This document shows positions 15,917-23,009 of a stretch of DNA of 64,000 nt, in pieces. Position numbers and translations under genes: made by a program. Each line of letters starts with the position of its first letter. The stretch's first letter is position 1. The notes below the pieces were generated by a model, which saw only the letters and a program-made list of their open reading frames with translations, was not told where the DNA came from and ran no database searches. This stretch comes from Rhodothermales bacterium. Lineage in GTDB: Bacteria > Bacteroidota > Rhodothermia > Rhodothermales > Bin80. Location: the NCBI GenBank assembly GCA_965207385.1, contig CBDBLZ010000017.1, forward strand, positions 65,090 through 129,089, in the 5' to 3' direction.

Positions 15917-17647
15917 CTACGCCGGTTTGGGTGCCCACTTCTTCTTGGACGAAAGTCCCGTCAGGAAGAAGACGATGGCAATGAAAAGGAAGAAAATGAT
16001 GACGGTAACCGAAACCACCAGGCCGGCATAGCCAAGCGTGGGAGTAAAGGCGTCCACGGACGTGTCCCTGATGACCCCGTATACGTGCCAGTGCTGCCGC
16101 ATCCCGGCGCGCACATACCCCATCAGACCCATCGTCCACGCGAACGTAATGGCCAGGAAAAACAGCGCATACTGGGACATCGGGGAGATCTTGCCCCAGG
16201 CAATCTCTCCCTTCTTGTCCGCGCCCCGGAAGAGGAAAATGTCAATGACGGTCACGGAAATCATGGCGAAGAGCACCGACATGACCTGCGGCTGCGAAAG
16301 TCCGATCCGCGTCTGGGCATCGACAAAATACCCGTAGACCCCCAGGAAGACCACGAAGATGACCACGATGGCAAAGATGCCAAACTGGATGAGATTGCCG
16401 GCCCTGGCCCAGCTCACGGTGGCGACCTTGTTGGATCTCCGGTACAGCAGGAAGCTTACGTAGGTGGTGAGGATGAGCACGTTCACGGCCGTGTTCTTGG
16501 CCGACATCACGCCCAGTACGTTGAGTATTGGGTGGTGAGAGCCTCCCATGGCCCTGGCCTCCTCCACCGTGGCCACCAGCGAGTGAGGCGTGGCCCAGAC
16601 GATAAAGCACAGCGTGATGACCGCCAGAAGATATTTTATGAACTTTCGATACCGCTCCGCACCGCCGATTCGCCCCATGCTCAGCCACAGGTAGAAGTTG
16701 GCCGCCAGGAACAGATTGCCGATCAGCACGGCCTGTATGATGAACAGCCAGGAAAACGTGCCGCCCATGAGCGTAATGCCCAGGCTCTGATCGTAGGCGT
16801 AGATCTCCACACCGAGCCAGTACCCGGCAAATGGCAGCGGCAACAGGGCGCATATGGCAATGAAATTGCCGATGTAGCCCATCCAGTCATAATGCGCCTT
16901 TTCCTCCAGCGTCTTGGCGCCAAGAAACTTGTAGGCGCCGTAGGCCGCCCCGATGGCCCCGCCAAAGGCCATGTTGGCAATCAGCCGGTGGATGTTGATG
17001 GGCATCCATATGTAATTGTTGATGGCGTCCCAAACGCTCGTCAGATTGCCCAGCTCGTCTATGCCATTGGGCGTGTTCATGAAAGTGAGCCATCCGTTGG
17101 CGATGAACATGATGGCCGTGCCCACGATATTGAGCATCACCCCCAGGAAGAGGTGTACTCTGGGCGAGAATTTGCCCCATCCGTAATAGTAGGCGTAGAG
17201 GAAGAAGGCCTCCAGAAAGAACAGCAGGACGTACGGCAAAAAGGTCCAGCTGAAGATCTTTACCAGGTACTGGGTTAGCGCCGGATAAAAGACCATGAGG
17301 CCAAAGGTGAGCAGCGCACCCAGCGTGGCCGTAAATGAGAAGGAGACAGACAGCAGGCGTGTGAAATCATGCGCCAGTTCATCGAATCTCTTGTCACCGG
17401 TCTTGTAGCCGATGAACTCGATGACGATGGCGAACATGGGCACTGCAAGCACGAATGCCGCGAACATCAGGTGCAGCTCGGCCACGACCCACATGATGAC
17501 CCGGCTGCTGATGAACGGCAGTGCCCGATAGTCTCCCTCGCCCGCTGCCTCCTGGGGTCCGGCCCACGCGGCTTCGCCAGACAGCGCCGCCACAGCCAGC
17601 AAAAGAAGCCCTACGGGCAGTGCGCGAACAAGCCGGATGCGCATCAT
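15917..17647 (-). CDS. cytochrome bd subunit I (CydA)-like membrane haem protein; atypical, with no long Q-loop and no adjacent CydB
   Basis: 576-aa polytopic ORF. FFLEAFFLYAYYYGWGKFSPRVHLFLGVMLNIVGTAIMFIANGWLTFMNTP aligns by eye with E. coli CydA FFLESTFVGLFFFGW...LVANGWMQNP. Conserved His residues occur in AELHLMF and NIHRLIANMAFGG. Confidence 0.75.
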   Translation of the reverse strand: MMRIRLVRALPVGLLLLAVAALSGEAAWAGPQEAAGEGDYRALPFISSRVIMWVVAELHLMFAAFVLAVPMFAIVIEFIGYKTGDKRFDELAHDFTRLLSVSFSFTATLGALLTFGLMVFYPALTQYLVKIFSWTFLPYVLLFFLEAFFLYAYYYGWGKFSPRVHLFLGVMLNIVGTAIMFIANGWLTFMNTPNGIDELGNLTSVWDAINNYIWMPINIHRLIANMAFGGAIGAAYGAYKFLGAKTLEEKAHYDWMGYIGNFIAICALLPLPFAGYWLGVEIYAYDQSLGITLMGGTFSWLFIIQAVLIGNLFLAANFYLWLSMGRIGGAERYRKFIKYLLAVITLCFIVWATPHSLVATVEEARAMGGSHHPILNVLGVMSAKNTAVNVLILTTYVSFLLYRRSNKVATVSWARAGNLIQFGIFAIVVIFVVFLGVYGYFVDAQTRIGLSQPQVMSVLFAMISVTVIDIFLFRGADKKGEIAWGKISPMSQYALFFLAITFAWTMGLMGYVRAGMRQHWHVYGVIRDTSVDAFTPTLGYAGLVVSVTVIIFFLFIAIVFFLTGLSSKKKWAPKPA

Positions 17648-18138
17648 AGACGGTCAATCGGAAAGAGCCGCACCAAAACAACTGCCTGCCATGGACATTG
17701 TCAAGGCAATCCGCACCGGCTCTGAACCCATGAATATCTGTCTGAGACCAACTTTGGCAAAATGTACGAAGCAGCCGGAACCCCGTTCGACCGGTGGGCC
17801 ATATAATAGTGCGTCATAGTCGGAAGCAGGAGTGAATTTTTTTGTTGCTGCCATAGCGGCACTCCTTTTGCCGGCAGCGTTTTGCCTGGCAGTCTGGGGA
17901 GGTGTGTCCCTGCTCAAGCGGATACACCGGAAGGGCCATGCGCTGCGTGCGCTTCCTGTGCCGAGAAAGATCGCTGTCGCCGCGCGTGCCCGGGTCACCG
18001 AGCCGGAGTCGGACGACGGGCCTTGGCCCGATTACACGTATGATTCGGGCATATCGCGCGGCTTTCCGGAAGCATGGGAAGAGGATTTGTTGCTCAGGCG
18101 CAACTAAATTAGCCCCTAACCAGACGGGCACATCCACT

Positions 18139-19305
18139 ATGTTGCAGCGGCTCATCGCCAGGCTGGATGCGTACAGGGAAGTTGCCTTTGACCTGATTCG
18201 CATCTACCTGGGCATCGGGCTCTTTGTCCGGGGCATTCTTTTCGCCTACGATTCCGACGCCTTTGTCGCGCTGCTGCCGACGGGTGCGCCCGCCTGGCTT
18301 ACGCTTTCGTGGGTGCTGACTACCGTGGCGTTCGTCCACATGCTCGGCGGACTGCTGATCGCGGTGGGCTACTGGACGCGCTTCGCCACGCTGGCCCAGA
18401 TTCCAATATTGTTTGGCGCCGTTTTTATCAGCATCGGCGGTCTGTTCTCGCCAGACCAGTCGTTCGAGCTTTCCGCCCTGGTACTTCTGCTACTCGTACT
18501 GGTGCTCATATGCGGCTCCGGAAAGTGGTCCGTTGACTATGCCATTGGAGAGCGCAGGCCATCCATTCAGATCGCCCTTGACCGGATAGCCGAGTACCGG
18601 AATACGGCATTCGATGTCTTGCGGATGTACCTCGGGGTGGCGCTGTTTGTCCGCGGCGTGGTCTTTATTTCCGACGCAGGCGCATTCATGGCCCTTCTCG
18701 GCAATGACTCCGCGGGATTCTTGCAATCCTCCGTCCTGGTGCATTACGTGGCGCTGGGCCACGTATTCGGCGGCTTTATGATGGCGGCTGGACTGCTGAC
18801 GCGCGTGGCGGCATTGGTGCAGATTCCCATTCTCGTAGGTGCCGTCGCTGTCAGCCAGGTGCAGGGCGGTCTCATGGCGGGCACCCAGGGCTTCGAGATC
18901 TCGGCCCTTACCCTGTTTTTGCTGGTCCTGGTGCTGCTGTATGGATCCGGCCAGTGGTCTGCCGACCATTACCTGCTGCGGCGGCCAGCGCCCGCTACCA
19001 GGCGGGAACGTACGGAGCGTGCAACGGAAATACTCTCGCACGACGTGCCGGAGGAGGGTCCCTTCGTGGATCCGGTAGAGATACTGGCCGTACCCGAAGC
19101 CAGAACGGACGCTGCCCTTGCCGCAGCGCTGAAAGACAACCCGCTGGTGGTCACACACGCGCGCTATCCCTTCTGGGGTTGGCTGCTCTTTCTGCTGGAC
19201 GTGACCCCGCGCCCTCGGGAGGTCATCTTCCGGCACATGAAAACGGGGAAGATCATAAAGCGCAGCAAAGATCCTGACGTGCTGCGCCAGTTCCGGTATC
19301 GGTAG
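18139..19305 (+). CDS. tandem DoxX-family membrane protein with a C-terminal soluble extension
   Basis: ORF 17902..19305 trimmed to MLQRLIARLDAYREVAFDLIRIYLGIGLFVRG (ATG at 18139). A second copy of the same pattern follows (IAEYRNTAFDVLRMYLGVALFVRG). Confidence 0.65.
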   Translation: MLQRLIARLDAYREVAFDLIRIYLGIGLFVRGILFAYDSDAFVALLPTGAPAWLTLSWVLTTVAFVHMLGGLLIAVGYWTRFATLAQIPILFGAVFISIGGLFSPDQSFELSALVLLLLVLVLICGSGKWSVDYAIGERRPSIQIALDRIAEYRNTAFDVLRMYLGVALFVRGVVFISDAGAFMALLGNDSAGFLQSSVLVHYVALGHVFGGFMMAAGLLTRVAALVQIPILVGAVAVSQVQGGLMAGTQGFEISALTLFLLVLVLLYGSGQWSADHYLLRRPAPATRRERTERATEILSHDVPEEGPFVDPVEILAVPEARTDAALAAALKDNPLVVTHARYPFWGWLLFLLDVTPRPREVIFRHMKTGKIIKRSKDPDVLRQFRYR

Positions 19306-19357
19306 CGCCGGCTGCTGCCGGCCATGTCATGGCTAATCTCCGCAAGCTGCAGTAGCG

Positions 19358-20314
19358 ATGAGAATCACCGAGATACTGGACCGGGCGAAGGACCCGCTCA
19401 TCTCCTACGAGATCATCCCTCCCGTTCGCGGCAGCTCGGCCGATCAAATCATGGCCGTCGTCGAAGATCTGATGCCGTTCGATCCTCCCTTTATTGACGT
19501 AACCAGCCATTCGGCAGAAGCACACTACGAGGAATTACCCGACGGCACGTGGCGGCGCAGGGTCAAACGCAAGAGACCCGGCACCATTGGCATCTGCGCT
19601 GCCATCCGGAGCCGCTTCGGCGTCGAAACAGTGCCGCACATCCTCTGCCACGGCTTTACCCGCAGCGAAACCGAGGATGCGCTGATTGAACTGAACTACC
19701 TGGGTATCAATAACGTGATGGCGCTCCACGGCGATGACACGGGCTTCCAGAAGACCGTGCCGCCCGGCACGGGAGTCAACACGGCTGCCATTGATCTCGT
19801 GCGCCAGATCGGTGCCATGAACCAGGGCCGCTACCTCGAAGAGCTCATGGATGCGAAGCCGACGGACTTTTGCATTGGCGTAGCCGGATATCCCGAGAAG
19901 CACTTCAAGGCGCCAAATCTTACCTGGGACATCCTGTATCTGAAGAAAAAGGTCGATGCAGGTGCCCATTACATCACCACGCAGATGTTCTTTGATCCTG
20001 AGCACTACGTGGGCTTTGTCGAGCGATGCCGCGCCGTGAATATTGAAGTTCCAATCATTCCCGGCATCAAGGTACTGACAACCAAGAGGCATCTTCACCT
20101 GCTGCCGAGCCGGTTTCACGTGACGGTCCCCGAGGCGCTTGCGGCGGAGGTTGAAGAGGCGTCGCCAGAGCACGTGCGCGATGTCGGCGTCGAATGGGCG
20201 CTTCGGCAATGCGATGCGCTTATGTCGGCCGGCGCGCCGTGCATTCATTTCTACGTCATGCAGCAGTCCGGGCCTGTGCGCCGCGTTGTGGAGGGCTTGC
20301 GCAAGCTGGCCTGA
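19358..20314 (+). CDS. metF: methylenetetrahydrofolate reductase
   Basis: 318-aa ORF with SYEIIPPVRGSS, PFIDVTSH and YITTQMFFD, typical of MetF. Confidence 0.85.
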   Translation: MRITEILDRAKDPLISYEIIPPVRGSSADQIMAVVEDLMPFDPPFIDVTSHSAEAHYEELPDGTWRRRVKRKRPGTIGICAAIRSRFGVETVPHILCHGFTRSETEDALIELNYLGINNVMALHGDDTGFQKTVPPGTGVNTAAIDLVRQIGAMNQGRYLEELMDAKPTDFCIGVAGYPEKHFKAPNLTWDILYLKKKVDAGAHYITTQMFFDPEHYVGFVERCRAVNIEVPIIPGIKVLTTKRHLHLLPSRFHVTVPEALAAEVEEASPEHVRDVGVEWALRQCDALMSAGAPCIHFYVMQQSGPVRRVVEGLRKLA

Positions 20315-20746
20315 TAGAATAGCCGGATCTTCGCAAGGTTGGAATACGGGCGCCAAGCCTCTTGGTTGCCCCGTGAATACCTGCGCGGCAGCCAGCCGGA
20401 GTCGCTCATGGACACGCGCGCGTGCCCGGGTTTGCATTGCAGGCGTGAGCATGTTGACCATGCCTGCAGTCCAGGTAGCTCCCGCCGTGGGTACTGCCGT
20501 CGTACTTACGGAATACTAAGCCCCGTGGTAGACTCAATGGTAGCCAAGGGGGCGCCCAAGCCGGCCGTCAAGGCCACCGGGCCAGCATCCTGGACCGGCT
20601 TCTGGCGGTGTAGCCTGCGCGCAAGGCACATCCGCCTGCCATTGCCTCTGAAGGCGAGCAAAGCCGGCCAGGGAGCGGCAGCCAGTTGGCTTGCATGCCA
20701 GATGCGCAATATGTACTTATAGGGCTGACCGCCAACCTGCCGTTCC

Positions 20747-22057
20747 ATGCGACAATTCCTTCCAGTTTTCCTCGCCTTACTTGCCGGCTGTACCCTGCAG
20801 TACAGCACACCGGAAACCGGGCTCTTTGCAGGAGATCCGTGGCCGGATATCCGCACGCAGCGCATTGAGACGCTACTGCCGCGGGCCATGGACGGCGCAG
20901 GCGTTGACGCCTGGATTACGCTGTGCCGGGAAAACAACAACGACCCCATGGCGCACCACATCGGCTGCGAAAACGCCGGGGGCCTGGCCGCCTTCCTGTT
21001 CTTCCGTACGCAGCAGGGGGTGTATTCCGTGGCCATATCGCCGGTAGGGGAAGCCACGGCGCTGGCCGAGAAAGCCATCATGTCAGAGGTCATTCCCATG
21101 AGCGGACGCGGACTCTGGAGCGAGATCGGCGCCCAGTTTGAACGCTTCCGGCCCGACAGCATCGCCATCAACAGCGGACGCAGCGCCATTGCGGACGGGC
21201 TTTCGCACCGACAGCACACGAGAATGATGCAAGAGCTGGGCGGCGAGTGGACCCGCCGCATGGTTTCATCTGAGCCTCTAATCCTGTCATGGCTGTCGGT
21301 CAAGCTGCCGGACGAGGTCGCAATCATGCGCGAAGCAGCCCGGCTGACGGCCCGCTGGCAAGTCGAGGCCTACGCTGCGGCCATACCGGGCGTCACCACT
21401 GACCGCGACATAGCGGACATGCTGGAGGCGAAGATGGCGGCTGCCGGCGTCGGGGATGCGTGGGCTCCGGAGCAGAACCCGTCCATCAATTCCGGCAAGG
21501 ATCGCGGCCACTCGCATCCGACCGAGCGCGTCATCCAGCCCGGCGACTTCATTCAGACCGACTTCGGCATACGGGTGCATGACCGCTGGGTGACGGACAT
21601 CCAGCGGTTCGCTTACGTGCTGGCCCCGGATGAGACCGCGCCGCCCCCGGACGCCCTGCAGAAATGGGAAGCTGCGCGCGCTGGCAGCCGGGCGGCGTAC
21701 GCGGCCATGGAGCCAGGCGCCACCGGTGCTGATGTGGACCGGGCGCAGCGCATCTCCATGCGGAAGGCAGGCTCCCTGCCCGTGCGCTGGAGCACGGGGC
21801 ACCCCGTCGGCTACTGGGCCCATGACAGCGGCCCGGCGCTAAGCGGCGGCAGGGAAGGCGCAGTGCCGTCAGGCCGCCAGACGCAGCCGCTAGAGCCGGG
21901 AATGACATTCGCCTTCGACGGATTTCATTCGTGGGGGCTGACAGACTCCACCACAAAGACCATTTCCGTAGAGGAGATGGTGGTGATCACGGAGACGGGT
22001 GCGGAGTGGATGACGCCGCCGCAGGAGGAGCTTATTCTGATTCCGTCGCGGCGCTGA
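20747..22057 (+). CDS. M24 family metallopeptidase (Xaa-Pro aminopeptidase-like) lipoprotein
   Basis: 436-aa ORF with a canonical lipobox (FLALLAGCTL). The C-terminal pita-bread-like pattern includes GDFIQTDFG, TGHPVGYWAHD and VEEMVVITETG. Confidence 0.7.
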   Translation: MRQFLPVFLALLAGCTLQYSTPETGLFAGDPWPDIRTQRIETLLPRAMDGAGVDAWITLCRENNNDPMAHHIGCENAGGLAAFLFFRTQQGVYSVAISPVGEATALAEKAIMSEVIPMSGRGLWSEIGAQFERFRPDSIAINSGRSAIADGLSHRQHTRMMQELGGEWTRRMVSSEPLILSWLSVKLPDEVAIMREAARLTARWQVEAYAAAIPGVTTDRDIADMLEAKMAAAGVGDAWAPEQNPSINSGKDRGHSHPTERVIQPGDFIQTDFGIRVHDRWVTDIQRFAYVLAPDETAPPPDALQKWEAARAGSRAAYAAMEPGATGADVDRAQRISMRKAGSLPVRWSTGHPVGYWAHDSGPALSGGREGAVPSGRQTQPLEPGMTFAFDGFHSWGLTDSTTKTISVEEMVVITETGAEWMTPPQEELILIPSRR

Positions 22058-22529
22058 CGCCGGCGGTGCTTCCTCCCGGCGCAAGGTATCGGTCTTCCAG
22101 GGCTCGCATCGCGGCCCTGTCTTCCGTGCCTGCGTCGTCGTAGCCCATCAGGTGCAGGAGGCCGTGCACCACGTAGCGGCCCACTTCCTCTTCAAACGTC
22201 GCACCGAACGCGGCATGGTGCTCGAGCGCGAAGTCCAGATTGACGCAGATCTCGCCGTCCACTTCCGGGCCATCCCCAAGAGGAAAGGACAAAACATCCG
22301 TGTCGTAATCTGCCCCGCGATACGTGCGGTTGAGCATCCGGATGGTGGCGCCGTCCGCGAGGACGATGCCAAGATAGCGGCAGCGCTTGCGCTCCCCGCG
22401 CAAAACCCTGCGCGCCAGTGCACGAAGCGCGGCCTCGTCCACACCGAGGCTCGCGTGCATGCAGGACAGACAGATGCCTTCACCGCGCTCAGGCAGCAAG
22501 GCATCCGAAAGCAACCCGGCGTCCGCCAC
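22032..22529 (-). CDS. ybeY: rRNA maturation RNase YbeY
   Basis: 165-aa ORF with the Zn-binding motif VVHGLLHLMGYDD and TDVLSFPL. Confidence 0.85.
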   Translation of the reverse strand: MADAGLLSDALLPERGEGICLSCMHASLGVDEAALRALARRVLRGERKRCRYLGIVLADGATIRMLNRTYRGADYDTDVLSFPLGDGPEVDGEICVNLDFALEHHAAFGATFEEEVGRYVVHGLLHLMGYDDAGTEDRAAMRALEDRYLAPGGSTAGVSAATESE

Positions 22530-22530
22530 C

Positions 22531-22986
22531 TCAGGCCAGGTCGTTGAAGAGCGTCTCGGTCATGGATAGCGCCACGGCGCTCATGATGAGCTCCGGCGAC
22601 AGCTGCGTAAAGTCTGTGGAGAGCAGACGCTCGTCAAAATTGGCATAGAGCGAGCACGCCGCCTGGCGCTCCACCACAAGGCCGTTCGTGATGCCGCCGC
22701 GGCGCGCAAAGAATATGACCTCTCCCAGTTCCTGGCTCGCAATATAGCCTGTGCATCCCTGCAGTTGCAGAAGCGAACTGGGGGCCATTACCGTTACCAG
22801 CGTATCTGCTTGCTCCTCCTTCATAGCCTTCGGTACAGCGAGGCCACGCGTGATTTCCAGCGTAATGCTGCGCTGCGAAGCTTCATCGTGCAGCTTGAAG
22901 CGGACGCTGCCGCCGTCGGCACGGCCGCCTACCCCAAGCACACTCCCGATGCGGTCAAAGTCCTTGTCCGTAAACTCGAAGTTCAT
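22531..22986 (-). CDS. hypothetical protein
   Basis: 151-aa ORF ending 1 nt before the ybeY start; no recognisable motif. Confidence 0.5.
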   Translation of the reverse strand: MNFEFTDKDFDRIGSVLGVGGRADGGSVRFKLHDEASQRSITLEITRGLAVPKAMKEEQADTLVTVMAPSSLLQLQGCTGYIASQELGEVIFFARRGGITNGLVVERQAACSLYANFDERLLSTDFTQLSPELIMSAVALSMTETLFNDLA

Positions 22987-23009
22987 GGCATCTGTGAAGG
23001 CAATTGCAT

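Noticed and set aside
16085-17278. 397-aa plus-strand ORF
   Set aside because: It is the antisense shadow of the CydA-like gene. Its His/Asp/Arg/Gly-rich low-complexity translation is not protein-like.
20315-20746. 430-bp intergenic region between metF and the M24 peptidase gene, examined for RNase P, SRP or riboswitch hallmarks
   Set aside because: I could not find any of the conserved motifs I can recall (GGAAAGTCC, ACAGAACCC, AGGTCCGGAAGGAAGCAGC). A covariance-model scan would be needed.
20506-21327. 273-aa minus-strand ORF
   Set aside because: It overlaps the M24 peptidase lipoprotein gene in antisense, and its composition is Ser/Arg/Pro/Ala-rich and shadow-like.
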